64,000 nucleotides of DNA, taken from the NCBI RefSeq assembly GCF_009914755.1, contig NC_060929.1. One strand, 5' to 3'. The notes beneath the pieces were generated by a model that saw only the letters and a program-made list of their open reading frames with translations, did not search any database and had not been told where the DNA came from. Positions 12,194 through 25,196 of the stretch are shown piece after piece. A program made the position numbers and the translations under genes. This stretch comes from the human T2T-CHM13v2.0 reference genome, Homo sapiens. Positions within the stretch are counted from its first letter, which is position 1. Each line of letters begins with the position of its first letter.

Positions 12194-14255
12194 CTTCATA
12201 TATTTATCTACCTTTGGTCTTTGATGTTGGTGACCTTCGGATGGGGTTTCTGTGCGGATATCCTTTTTGTTGATGTTGATGCAATTCCTGTTTGTCAGTT
12301 TTCCTTCTAACAGTCAGGACCCTCTGCTGCAGGTCTGTTGGAATTTGCTGGAGGTCCACTCCAGACCCTGTTTGCCTGCTTATCACCAGCAGAGGCTGCA
12401 GAATAGCAAAGATTGCTGCCTGTTCCTTCCTCTGGCAGCTTCGTTCCAGAGGGGCACTTGCCAGATGCCAGTTGGAGCTCTCCTGTATGAGGTGTCTGTC
12501 AACCCCTGCTGGGAGGTGTCTCCTAGTCAGAAGGCAAGGGGGTCAGGGACCCACTTGAGGAGGCAATCTGTCCCTTTGCAGAGCTCGAGTGCTCTGCTGG
12601 GATATCTGCTGCTTTCTTCACAGCTGGCAGGCAGGAAACTTCAAGTCTGCTGAATCTATACCCACAGTTGCCCCTTCCCCAAGGTGCTCTGTTCCAGGGA
12701 GATGGGTGTTTTATCTCTAAGGCCCTGACTGGGGCTGCTGCCTTTCTTTTAGAGATGCCCTGCCCAGAGAGGAGGAATCTAGAGAGGCAGTCTGGCTATA
12801 GAAGCTTTTCTGAGCTGCAATGGGCTCCGACCAGTTCAAACTTCCCGGCAACTTTTTTTTACACTGTGAGGGGAAAACAGCCTACTCAAGCCTCAGTAAT
12901 GGCAGATGCCCCTCCCCACACCAGGCTCGAGCATCCCAGGTTGACTTCAGACTGCTGTGCTGGCAGTGAGAATTTGAAGCTAGTGGATCTTAGCTTGCTG
13001 GGCTCCATAGGGGTGGGATCTGCTGAGCTAGACCACTAGCCCCCTTTCTAGGGGAGTGAATGGCTCTGTCTTGCTGGCATTCCAGGTGCCACTGGGGTAT
13101 GAAAAAAAAAACTCCTGCAGCTAGCTCAGTGTCTGCCCAAACGGCCGCCCAGTTTTGTGCTTGAAACCCACAGCTCTGGTGGTGTAGGCACCCAAAAGAA
13201 TCTCCTGGTCTGTGGGTTGCAAAGACAGTGGGAAAAGTGTAGTATCTGGGCCAGAATGCACCGTTGCTCATGGCACAATCACTCACAGCTTCCCTTGGCT
13301 AGGGGAGGAAGTTCTCTGACCCCTTGTGCTTCTCAGGTGAGGCGATGCCCCACCCTGCTTCAGCTTGCCCTCTGTGGGCTGCACCCACTGTCTAACCAGT
13401 CCCTATGAGATAAGCCAGATACTGCAGTTGGAAATGCAGAAATCACCCACCTTCTGCATTGATCTCACTGGGAGCTGCAGATCGGAACTGTTCCTATTCA
13501 GCACCTTGCCAGGCACCCAGAAACATCTTTTGACTTATTGTTAATCTGAAGGCAAGGATCATGTCTTGAGGTTTTTTGTTTTTTTTTTTTTTGCATTCCT
13601 CAGAAACAGTTGTTAATGTATAAATTAAACATTATAAGAACTTATGTTCAAACATGGAAAAATTATTCATAACAATTGGGTTTATTCTTCAGGGAACTGG
13701 GATGGGGCAGCGTTTAAACCCACTTTAAGAAGGAAGTTGTAAGCATTAATTTAAAAAGCATCTCCTCAGTAAACCACAATGGAAAACAAGCCAACAAATC
13801 CTGAGGAGCCTTGACTCACTTGAGGTGTGGCCTGAGCCTGCCCAACCCTGGAAGGGTGAAGGCAGATACTGATAATCCCTCCCTCCCATAGTTACCAGTA
13901 AAGAACATATTCTCCTGATCCTAGCTGAGCACACTGTCTTAGGGGAAGGGTGGAGGCAGGCTATGAACACTGAGATGAGGACTTAGGCCGTCTAGCATTC
14001 ATGACTCTGAAGTAACCACGAGCCTTTCTGGGCCTGGAATCCATCACTTGAAATACCAGCACAAGGAGCAGCAGTGCCTCATTTGTGGCTGGAATCCTTC
14101 AGGCATCCCCCAGTCCTGGGCAGTCATCCTAATAAAGCAGCATGGTCACAGGATGAGCCAGCCTGAATCTGCAGCTTCTTCGTGCAAAACCTGAGTTTCT
14201 GTGTCTCTTTAATTAAAACGATTTGCAGCTCTTCATTCCTTTCACAGTTTTTTTT

Positions 14256-14461
14256 TTCCTGGACTCAAGCAATCCTCTCACCTCAGGAGGCCCCCCAAAT
14301 AGCTGCGACTACAGGCGTGTGCCACGATGCCCGGCTAATTTTTTGTAGAGATGTGGTTCTACCAGGTTGCCCAAGATGGTCTCAAACTCCTGAGCTCAAG
14401 CAATCTGCCCGCCTTGGCCTCCAAAAGTGCTGGGATTACAGGTGTGATCCACAGTGCCTGA
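14256..14461 (-). mobile_element. AluJ-type partial element
   Basis: CCTGGACTCAAGCAATCCTC...CAAACTCCTGAGCTCAAGCAATCTGCCCGCCTTGGCCTCC...GCTGGGATTACAGG. Confidence 0.85.
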
Positions 14462-14493
<32 letters not shown>

Positions 14494-14560
14494 AACCCAA
14501 ATCTCATCCTAGGGTTCCTGGTTATAACTGTCTGCTTTAAACTCTGTGTGTGTGTGTGTG

Positions 14561-14591
<31 letters not shown>
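14462..14591. repeat. (TC)n microsatellite at 14462-14486 and (TG)n microsatellite at 14545-14591
   Basis: Seen directly; the TG tract is 47 bp of alternating purine-pyrimidine with one CG. Confidence 0.97.
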
Positions 14592-14684
14592 AGTGGGGAG
14601 GGAAGTGGAGAGGCTACAACTTCTCGAGAACTTTCTACACATTCGTCACTCCTTTCATTCTCCTCGTGCTTTCTAAATTCCTGA

Positions 14685-14835
14685 GCACAAGTTCTTAATA
14701 TGGAGGTAATGGCTAGACTTGCAGATCTTTGGATATCTGTGTGTGGAACTATCAAAAATTTTATAGAAAAGCTGTCTACATCTTTCACTGGATTCTTAAA
14801 GAACCAATGACCCCAAAAGAATAGGAATTACTACC
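14685..14835. mobile_element. hAT-Charlie MITE (MER103C-like)
   Basis: AGTTCTTAAT...GGATTCTTAAAG..ATGACCCCAAAAG..TAGGAATTACT; similar to the copy at ~23033-23200. Confidence 0.5.
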
Positions 14836-14949
14836 CTATAGGTTTATATGCTATCTTCAGGCTCCATCCCTTGCTAGCCTTCTTTTCTTGATGATCAAAG
14901 TATTCAATCTTAGCAACTAACCTATACGTTGGTATCATATACAATAGGA

Positions 14950-15215
14950 TCACTCATTCATTGGTTCAACAAATAAAGAGTGCTACCACGTGCTAGGCAT
15001 TATTCTTGGTAATGGAGAGACAAAATGGATACAGATACTTTATTTACAGAATATGTACTCTGTGCAAAGCACTTGCCTAAGTGATTATCTCTTTTAATCT
15101 TAAAAACAAACTTATAAAATAGGTACTATTATTATACTAATTTTATAGATGAGAAAATTGAGGCAGGAACTAAATCCAAGTTCTCACAGTTCATAAGTAA
15201 TGGCTCCAGGAGCTG
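14950..15215 (-). mobile_element. L2 3' end followed by a MIR fragment
   Basis: CATTCATTGGTTCAACAAATA..GAGTGCTACCACGTGCTAGGCA (L2) and ATTTTATAGATGAGAAAATTGAGGC (MIR). Confidence 0.65.
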
Positions 15216-15443
15216 GAAGCATCTCTTTAAGTGACCTCTGCAAATTGTTTGAGGGATACAAGGTTAAGTCTGAAGTCCAACAAGCCTGACAGTCGCGTTC
15301 CACGAGAATAATCAACTATTTACTCAGAAGACCAGTCACCTTCCTTTTCTACACATACATCGTGCTGCTTCTTTTTCTTAGACAATTTTGCTTCCAGGTG
15401 AAATGTGGGATTTGGGAATAGAGAGCCTCATTTAGACGTCTCA

Positions 15444-15810
<367 letters not shown>

Positions 15811-16364
15811 TCACATACGTTTCATTATTACTTATAGGAGGATAACAAGTCCTGCCAGCATACAGCTGTATTTTTAGCCAGGCTCCATTGAAGACGCAAC
15901 ACAAAGCCAGACTGTATTAGTCATAACATCCGAGCAATACTGCAAACTCCCTTTTCATTCAGTTTAATCAAATGTATTTACATATATTTACAATTGTCTC
16001 TGCTCACCCAAAAATGATCTCTTCTGGGCTTAGTCACCAAGACATTTGGTTGAATGTCTGTATATTCAAATAAGCTTTAACTCTTACTTTCCTCTAACCA
16101 CCTATAATGGAATTTCTTCCTTTTCCCTTTCCCTTTCTTCTTTCCCCTCCTTCTTCTCCATTTTGTCACAGACATCTCCCATTTGTTTGCTTCTTCCTGC
16201 TGTTTTCAGAGGTTCAAGCTTTTGTATATTTGTTTATTGGTTAGATTTCTTTAGGTCTATAAAAATATTTAAAAATAAGTGCCATTTTCTTTGACATCTG
16301 TTTACCAAAAGTCATCTGAGAAGTCTGGAGATTTGAAAATTAAACAGAGAGTTAGAATCTAGAA

Positions 16365-16573
16365 ATGGGCTGCCCAATATGGTAGCCACCAGTCTCCCTG
16401 GGCTATTAAGGACTTAAAATGTGAATAGTGCCACACGTGATATGATAATATTTTTATATGTTGGGTTACATTAAAATTAATTTTATCCATTTCTTTTTCG
16501 TTTTCAATATGGCAACCAAAACCATATACAATTATATATGTGGTTCACATTATATTTCTATTGAACAGCATTG
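16365..16573. mobile_element. MER33/MER3-like hAT-Charlie MITE
   Basis: GCTGCCCAATATGGTAGCCAC...ATGTGGTTCACATTATATTTCTATTGAACAGCATTG. Confidence 0.7.
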
Positions 16574-17454
16574 GTCTACACAGAGCAAGTTCCTTTTTAT
16601 CCAATACACAGCATAGCAAAAGAATGCCAATCTGATAAGAATGCTGAAGCTGGATTATTTGCCCAGTGTTGATCTTCTCTTAAAACTGACACATATTTCA
16701 ATATTGATCTCATGAAACAGAACCAGTGATAAAGAACCAATTCCAGACTGCTGAAAGGAGTTTTCAATTATTTATGAATTATGACCACATCACAAATCCA
16801 CATTGGAAACCATGAGTGTTCACAGAGCTAATGAACCCTTGATGCTCTTTCCATGAACATATATTGGTAAAATACAAATCCACAAGCAAATTCTCATGTA
16901 CCGTTTCCTTGTGTTCTGGAAAAATTGAGTCCTTTGATTTTTTTCACTCATAGACAACTGTACATGAGCTTGAACACATCAGATTCAAATAGGTCTAATC
17001 TGATGCTGATGTGGTATATTATTCACACACCATATGCGCATACACACACAGACATTACGCACATACCACATGTACACAACACCACATTAACCCGGAAAAT
17101 TGGGCATTCCTGACTAACCAACAGACATTAATGGATTCCCTATTGTTTAGCCTGCCCTAGGCATGATGGCCTGTTATGATGGCCTTTGCTTTAAAGGAGC
17201 ACCTAAATTGCACATGGACTTTATATTTCATTAATGTCCAAATGAAGCATACCCTCTGCCCCCTCCCTACCCCTTATCTGTACATCTGTATGCTGCCTTG
17301 GCTCCCCTAGTGCCTCAGCTTGGAGAAAGAAGGACAAACCAATGGCCATTGAACAAACAAAAGAGGCTTTGGAAATTATAGTCTTGGCTTCAGCCGTGGC
17401 ACCACAGGTGGCAGCAAACTCATCTTGGACTAACATTCCAGGAGCCATTAAAGA

Positions 17455-17668
17455 CTAGTGTTCAAGAGCACCAGCTCACATGTCAGATACTCTGGTTTGA
17501 ATGCTGGTTCCAGTTTTTACTAGCTGGGTGGTCCTAAGCATGTTATTTACCTAATCTCATGTCTTGTTTCTTTCTTTGTAAGATGAGGATACTTATAATT
17601 CTTATCTTTTACACTTATTATTAGGATTAAATGAGATAGTGCCTATTAACTCTTTTGTTTAGCACAGG
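17455..17668 (+). mobile_element. MIR SINE
   Basis: GTGTTCAAGAGCAC...GGTTTGAATGCTGGTTCC...TACTAGCTG...AGGATTAAATGAGATA. Confidence 0.75.
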
Positions 17669-18198
17669 CGAATTTAAGAAAACAACAGAAATTCAGCTAC
17701 ATCATTGTTCTGCCCAGCTGCTGCTTCACCATGAGGCCCTCATCACCAAGTAATCATCTTAGATTTCACATTGCAGGGGCTGCCATTGGAAAAGTTTTCC
17801 TTTGCCTATGAAGTTTGTGGCCCTTTACCTTTTAACTTTCTTTTCCCTCTCCTTTTAAAAAATCAATATGACTTATATAATTAATTTATGGCTAGGTAAT
17901 TCTCTCAAGGACATTCTTAATTAAAAATTAATAGCTTACTTATTTTACTTGATTTGAGCATTGATTTGAATATTATGAAGATTTCTCTTTGAAAGCACAA
18001 ATATAGTGTACCTATAACATTCTCAAAAAACAAGACCAAATACTACATGGCTCCTTGTGACTATATGTGCATATGCAATAAACAGTGTATAAACACACTA
18101 GGATACTCACCAGCATTATACAATATTATGGTTTGGTTTTCAGTTCAGGTATATTTTCAATTACAACAAGGATTAAGTATTTTAAGATATCCAGAATA

Positions 18199-18490
18199 GC
18201 CAGGCGAGGTGGCTCACACCTGTAATCCCAGCACTTTGGGAGGCCGAGGCTGGTGGATCACCTGAGGTCAGGAGTTCAAGACAAGCCTGACCAACATAAA
18301 GAAACCCCGTCTCTACTAAAAATACAAAAATTAGCTGGGCGTGGTGGCGCATGCCTGTAATCCCAGCTACTAGGCAGGAGAATTGCTTGAACCCAGGAGG
18401 CAAAGGCTGCAGAGAGCCGAGACTGCACCATTGCACTCCAGACTGGGCAACAAGAGTGAAACTCTGTCTTAACCACAACGACAACAAACC
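18199..18490 (+). mobile_element. AluSq/Sp-like element
   Basis: Alu dimer with a ~10-nt deletion after CAGCTACT; 13-bp TSD GATATCCAGAATA at 18186-18198 and 18491-18503; tail degenerated to an ACA-rich run. Confidence 0.95.
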
Positions 18491-20654
18491 GATATCCAGA
18501 ATATCCTCCCCTCTGCCTCTGATCTATCACTCAATTTCTTCTTGCCTCCTTTAGATGATAGGGTCAATTATTAGAATGCCTTTGTAGTAAGTGAAACAGT
18601 AAAAATGTACCAGTTAGTAGTCCTTTTTTAAAACCAGAATTTACCAGATTCATCTGCTCTACAGCTACATTAGGATTTTTCAATCCAATGGTTGTCTTAA
18701 GGGAACTTATGTGAATGTATTTTACACTATAAATATTTTAGCATGCACACACACACACGTACACACTTAACATGAGCAGCCATATTTATCCAATACTAAC
18801 TTTATATGGATTACTTCCTTGCTGGATTCTTCGTTACCTTTTTCAGCAACAGAAGTTATCTTGTCTAAAAATGTTTGGAACAAAACTGTATGCTATCTGA
18901 TGTTTTTTTTCCCAGTTGAATATTTTGCAGCCAGCATATTCTTTTTCACTCTAAGTGTGGTGAACAGAAAGATGACTCTAGAATCATTCTAAATTTAGTG
19001 GGACAATCAACTCTCTGACAGATGTTTCTACACAATCTTTCAGCTAACCAGTGTAACCCACTGAGACCTCATTAGACTGTTGTCACTAAATGCCATATGG
19101 TTGTGTTGGGTGGTTTTCAAATGAACCAGTAGTATCTAAACATCAAATTTAGTTCTCTTCCAACAACATTATGTCATAAGAGGGCTTATAATAGTTTTGA
19201 CAGTTACTACAACCAGTAGGGAACTGTTCAAAACTCTTTAGAATTTCCCCACCCCGCAGGCTTTCCATGCTCGGGGGGTGAATTAGGAGCCTCCGCTGTT
19301 TCCTAGGGCACTTGGATGCAGAATATTTTGAAGAAGGAGAGTGAAACGTGAGGAGGGAAACCCTTGACATTTGAAAAACAAGCAGCTTAATCTGTCAAGA
19401 TGACATTTCTCCATTGCTCCTTTCAGTCATTGTTTCTCTATAATGTTGGAAATGTCAGGAAGGGGCCAAGAACCTGGATTGTATAGTGAGGAGGTTGTCA
19501 CAGAAAGAGGGGGCTGCCATGGTGTCAGCAGCAGAGACCTAATTTTTGCCATTTCCTAGTGCTGATTTCAAGTGTCTGTTTTAGAGGCTATCTAGCAAAA
19601 GAGTGTGATATAGTAGCCTCCAAAGTGAACTATCAAACAGGTAGTCTTCAAGCCTGAGAATGAAAAAAGAACACTGTACATTTTGGAATGAAAGACAGGA
19701 TATAACCTAGCTACATAGAGTATATCTGGTGGCAAAGACTATTCAACAGGCTCAACAGAGAGAGGCAGATTTTCGTGCTGCAGGCAAGAGGTGCATACTA
19801 ACCCCTGGCTCCATTTGGTGAGCAGCAGGCTGGCATTCAGCTCAAGGAGATGGAAAAAACAACTGCAGAGGGTATCAGGGTGAGTAATTGCCAGATTACT
19901 GAATCAGTCAGATGTGACCCGGTTCTCTTGCCAGCCAGTGTCACGCTACCCAAAAGAGCACAGAAACCCAGGAGGAAAAACAGCAAACCTGAGCTAGGAA
20001 GATTCCAACAGCATCACATGAAGAAAAGGGGAGAAGAGAGCCAAATAACAAAGTGATGATAATGGCATCCCATAGCAGATACCCACTTGCAGAGAAATCA
20101 GAAAATAATTAAATAAAAATACATGCTGAGAGTATACAAATGACAAATTACCTGTAATAACAAAGCTAAGCCAACGGACTCTTCAATTGTTCAACCCCCA
20201 CCAAGTCACTCACCAGGTCAAATCTCTTTTCTGCTTGGTTCCAGGACCAGCCACTTACTTGGGTAGCTTTTAGGATTCAGAGATACAAACTTTTTCCTCT
20301 CTTAGCTCCCTTTGCCTGGTTTGATTTCAGTTCATTTTTACATCTTTCATTTTTGTTCTTTGAGATGTTTTTTTGGGACACCAACCTAGTTTTTCTAATT
20401 AGACTTCGCATGTGGCTTGTTATTTCTCCTTAGAATTTGCACCCTCGATTTTAACTTCAGTGTGGCCTTTGAGATCCAGGGCACACTCCTGCCTCCTTTT
20501 TCTAGAGGACCTGAGTCTGGGTTGGGCTGTCTTGCCTGTGCACTGCACCATTATTCATTCTGCCTTGCTGACTTGCCCGGGCCCACTAATGCTCCCCACG
20601 GAAGTTATACTCACTTGGGTCACTTCCCTTGATAATCTATGTCATTCCCATTAA

Positions 20655-21060
20655 CCTAATGGAAGTTCCCAGAGGCATACCCTGGAAACAGGTTACAGGT
20701 GCAAGTGGTTTATTTGAGAGGTATTATCAGGAAAAATTAAAGGGAGATGACAGCAATGGGAGGTAATAGAGGAAGCCACCAAGCAAATTACCACTCCAGG
20801 CAACTGGAGCTGGATATTACTAGGGAAATCTGGGAAACTGTATGGAACATACATCACAGTGTCATCCCACCCAAAGGAGCTGGATATTTATGCATCAGTT
20901 CCTCTCTGACTTTGCTTGAAGGCTGTTCCTAAGGATGATTATTCTCCAGCACTCTAGTTTGCCTCACATATAGGTTGAACAGACTCTGATGGGGAAAAGA
21001 AGTCTTCAAGAAAAGAGTTGCAGGGACAGCCAGCTGAAAGTTGGTTTTCTCCATGGTAAG
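20655..21060 (-). mobile_element. LTR33-like ERVL LTR
   Basis: GTGCAAGTGGTTTATTTGAGAGGT...GGCAACTGGAGCT...GGGAAATCTGGGAAAC...GTCATCCCACCC..GGAGCTGGATATTTAT; strand tentative. Confidence 0.65.
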
Positions 21061-21399
21061 TGCTAAGGAGAATGGTATCTACCTGTCCCCAACCCTGGGC
21101 CCCACCCACCATATACTTCTTTCCCCCGGAATGGATCAAATCTTATACTTCAGCCATACAAGCTCTATTTCCAGCTTTGACTTTGATTTGAACTCCAGTT
21201 GCACACTCATACTACTCATACATGTTCATGTTCTTGATTTTGTACTAAGTGCTAAGGATTCCAAGATGAATGAGACATGTGTCCTCCTTCAGGAAGTAAG
21301 CTATTTAGAGTTTAAAATGATCTCCTCCCCTTTTCTACCTGCCAAAAGAAACCCACTTCGATATTTCCTTTTTGCATAGTGTCCTCATTTCCCTAAGAC

Positions 21400-22050
21400 A
21401 CTCAGGTTCACTACTATACTCTCAATATATATTCGTTGACACCATTATCTTCAAGTGATCTCTCTTTCCAGTCTACCAATAAGCACCTTCTTTCTTAATG
21501 TTTCTACCTTTGTTTTTTCCTTTCCATCCCACTGCCATCATCCAGGCAGGCTTTCCATTATGTCCATGATGTCAGTTTTGGTTTTTTTTTTAATAGCCTC
21601 AGTTATAACAATTCTACATCCCCACATCTTAAACCCCTACCCCAAAATGAAATTTATCCTCCACACCATGATAATATGATGAATCTTTCTAAAACATGTC
21701 ATTTTTCTGCTGAGATGCCTTTCAGTTCCTTGATGTTTTATGAAGACTCAAGACCCTCCCCATTTTTCTCAACCCTACCTCTGCAACCTTCTGTTCAAGC
21801 CAGATAATCTACACCATGTCACCTGAACAAAACATTTTCAGTGAGTCTCCATACTCACCACTCACACTTTTCCAATTTGTATAACCTTCTTCTCTTTCCT
21901 GTCCCAAATCCTATCCTGACTTTTAAGACAGAGTTCAGGTCCTATCTTCCGTGAAAGATTCTGACCACGTGACCCATGCTAATCTTTCTTAACAGAACCT
22001 GTCATTGCTTGTACTAATCACTTGACATTTTGTCATTCTCTGCAATTTGT
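21400..22050 (+). mobile_element. Degenerate L2 fragments
   Basis: CCATCCCACTGCCATC, TAATAGCCTC, ATCTTTCTAAAACATGTCA-type L2 blocks. Confidence 0.5.
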
Positions 22051-22084
22051 GACATTATTTGTATCTAATTTATTATATCTGTTT

Positions 22085-22290
22085 TAGTAATCATAACAGC
22101 AGTTATCAAACACATGCCAAGATCCTTTAAAAATTTATCTTTTAATATTCCATAACAATACAATGAGATAACTATTATTTTCCCTATTTTAAAATGAAGA
22201 AACTGAACATCAGAAAGCATAAGGAGTTAATCCAAGAAAAAACATAACTTTTCAGAATTAGAATTTGAAGCCAGATCTGCCTGACTCTTA
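22085..22290 (-). mobile_element. MIR SINE
   Basis: ACTATTATTTCCCTATTTTAAAATGAAGAAACTGAA...GAATTTGAAGCCAGATCTGCCTGACTC. Confidence 0.75.
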
Positions 22291-23032
22291 ACAGCTATTG
22301 TATCTTTCCAATAAAATTATAAATTCATTAAGAATAAGATCAATCTTATTTCTTCTTTATAGAAAATGCTTTATATACAGTAGGAGTTTAGTCAAGTCAT
22401 ATATTTAGATTTGGGGAAAAATTTTTAAATAACTTTGAAAATCACTGGAAGGGAATTAGCTGCAGTTTGTTTTATTTTGCTTACTTAGTTCCAGAAAAAG
22501 CTAATAACTAAAAAATTGGCTCTGCCTATGTTTGGTGAATCCAATAGTCTTTAAATTTTGTGAAATCGTGGACACTGTGTACTTGTCCATCAGTGTATTT
22601 CTGTGCCTGCTACAAAAATTATGTGTGAGTCCAAATGCCCATATAAGGGTAGGCTTATATTAAAATTTTTTAGAATATGAGCCACGCCATAAAGATATGA
22701 TATGGTTTCAAAAGGATTATAAATAAATACTCATAGAGCTGAACAACTCAAACCAGAGAAAACAGGATGTTCTTTTTGCCCTGAGGGTTTGGCTTGGCCT
22801 GGGCTGATGCTTTAGCAAAAGATGTCCGTGGTTACTTACTCCCAACATGTAACATTTGTGAGCAGAAAAACTCACTCTGCCTTACTTTGGGTGAAATAAT
22901 CTATCATTCATTGCTCATTCCCTAGTGATAGCCGTATCAAACAGCCTTTTCCTTGTTAATTTGCCTTCAAATCAATACCTGAACTGATGATACAAATAGG
23001 CCCATCACTGGACAATGTATGCCTCTTTATGT

Positions 23033-23200
23033 CAGAACTTCTTAAACTCTCATCCCTGGGTGATCTTCAAGGTCCTGTGAACTCTTTAAAATTGTCTTCA
23101 AAATGTTAGATGCATTTGCATTTTGTTTTCTGAGGAGAAGCTTTTATGACTTCAAAAGATTCTCAAAAAGTCCCACGACCCTGAAACAGGTTGAGCATTA
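23033..23200. mobile_element. MER103C-like hAT-Charlie MITE
   Basis: TTCTTAAAC...GTGAACTCTTTAAAATTGT...TTTTCTGAGGAGA...AGATTCTCAAAAAGTCCCACGACCC..AGGTTGAG. Confidence 0.6.
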
Positions 23201-24979
23201 TTACTCAATGTAAAATAGTGAATTATTATCTGGCTTATTACTTACTTATTAGATGGAAGCTCTAATTTGTAAATACTTTTCATGTCTCACGTCCCTGGCA
23301 CATTCCTGGTACAGGATAGTGAGAGATGCCAAAACTTGCAAATACATTTCTTGAATGTCTAATTAATAATATGATCATTTTGGGGTTTAGTCTCCTTCAG
23401 ATTAGCTGGTAATTACATTTCTGATCTGTAAGGCAGAAACTTGTTGTTCTTGTCCAGCAATAACTAAGCCCACGATCTGATCACCACTATCCCTAATTCA
23501 CAAAACTTGAGACATCTCATGTGTTATGAATCTCTGTTCCAGGGGTGTGAGCACATTGCCAAACCACAGTGCTGGTTTCCTAAATACAGCTGTCCTTCAC
23601 ATACCGTTGACTATCCAGTCTCATAAAGTCACCTGTGGATCAAGAGCATCCAAAGGCAAGTGACTACGTGGGTTTAGAAGGAAGGTCTGTGTCAAGACCT
23701 ACAGGGAGACCAACTGACCCACATGAAACTGAATTTATAGGTTTAGCCCACTACTATTATGTGTTAGCCCAGACATTTAGATAACTGTGGTCTTTGATGT
23801 TCCTGTAGGCTTGCAAGATTTCTGCAGGGGATTTCACAAGCAGAGTTATACATTTGGCCTTTGGTAAAATTCCTAATTTTTAAAAATTAGATCTGAAGGA
23901 CATAATTCCTTTTTTTCTCTATTGCTGAATTATACTTTCATCATTACTCACTTACTCATTACTGCATTTGTTCAAGTGTAATAACTACATTACAGTACAG
24001 ACATTGCCAGTGTTACCACCTATAGGCCAGAAATGTATTTCTTTTGTTTATCTATGATAAGGATAGGATTAGAAAGAAAGATTTCTATCTCAATTTCAAC
24101 AACCTCCCATCTCCAAGTTTACCACTTTAATATCCAAATCTTAATTTTGTATTATTCTCTTCTTCCTTGTTAATTTTTCCTCCTTTCTTTAGAATGCCTA
24201 AACAAAAAATCTTAATTATAAACTAATGTAAAATAATTTTACTTTATTATTATCTTCCTTAGGCATGTCATCATTATTTTGTCATTTGATTAAAGTATAC
24301 GGATTTTTAAACATAAATATTTTCATGCTACAAAATAATAAAAACAAAAGAACTGACTTGTTGCAGATAATCTTTTATCATGAAGTAATCTCTCATTTTA
24401 TCATGAAAAAAATCTCTTATTTCAGTATGTTCTATCATAAATATTGGACAAAATAAATAATTTGAACATGTAAGGAGGTACTTTTGTACCAATGACACAA
24501 AAGGATATTAGCAAAGAAGTCTTAACTGGGTTTATGCTTAAATAACTCATTCCTTTGAAAAACCTGTTGAATTGAGAAAAACAAGAATTTTGTGGCCTGT
24601 CTTCAAAAATATTCAAGATTCCAAATCAGTTCACCTTGTACCCTCTGGTGGGTTAAAAACTAGATAAACACATGCTAATTAATGTTTTCCTGTTGATTTA
24701 AAAAAAATTTTTTAGATCTGTCTAAAACTATCACTGGTGTAAAAACTAAAATTCTGAAATGTCCTCATTACTAAAAAAAATGAAAATCTTTAAAAATATT
24801 TACCAAGTTAAAGAAACTGACTATTAAAAGAACTCATTTTCTGTTTCTTAAACAGTCTCTCTAGAAGAATTTTTGCCCACATACTAGTTAAGCCTTTCAA
24901 TCTCCCATGGAGGAAAAATTCCAGGAAGAATGACCAATGTGTGTTGGAGCAAAGCTGACTGGCTATAAATCTTAGCTGG

Positions 24980-25196
24980 AGGCCGAGTGGTATAGCAGAA
25001 AAACATGGCTTTGTAGCTATTAGGCGCGATCTAATCCCCAGTTTCACCACCTAGTAGTTATGTAACCTTAGAGAAATTACTTATCCTCTCTAAACCTCAA
25101 TTTTTCAACAGAACAAGCTGAACAGTAAAATTAATGTCTCAGATTTTTAATGGTTAAAGACAATACATCTAAATCGTTTAATACAGTGCGAAGCTA
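24980..25196 (+). mobile_element. MIR SINE, interrupted by an MLT1 LTR
   Basis: GTGGTATAGCAGAAAAACATGGCTTTG...TAGTTATGTAACCTTAGAGAAATTACTTATCCTCTCTAAACCTCAATTT. Confidence 0.7.

Larger units (their letters stand above)
7063..13517 (-). mobile_element. Full-length inactivated LINE-1, L1PA7-like
   Basis: Poly-T at 7063, 3'UTR, ORF2 and ORF1 fragments in the ORF track, 5'UTR to ~13517; TSD CAGAAAC at 7056-7062 and 13518-13524. Confidence 0.95.

Noticed and set aside
15365-15405. Possible micro-exon TTCTTAG|ACAATTTTGCTTCCAG|GTGAAA
   Set aside because: Weak donor, 16-nt frame-shifting length and no supporting neighbouring exons.
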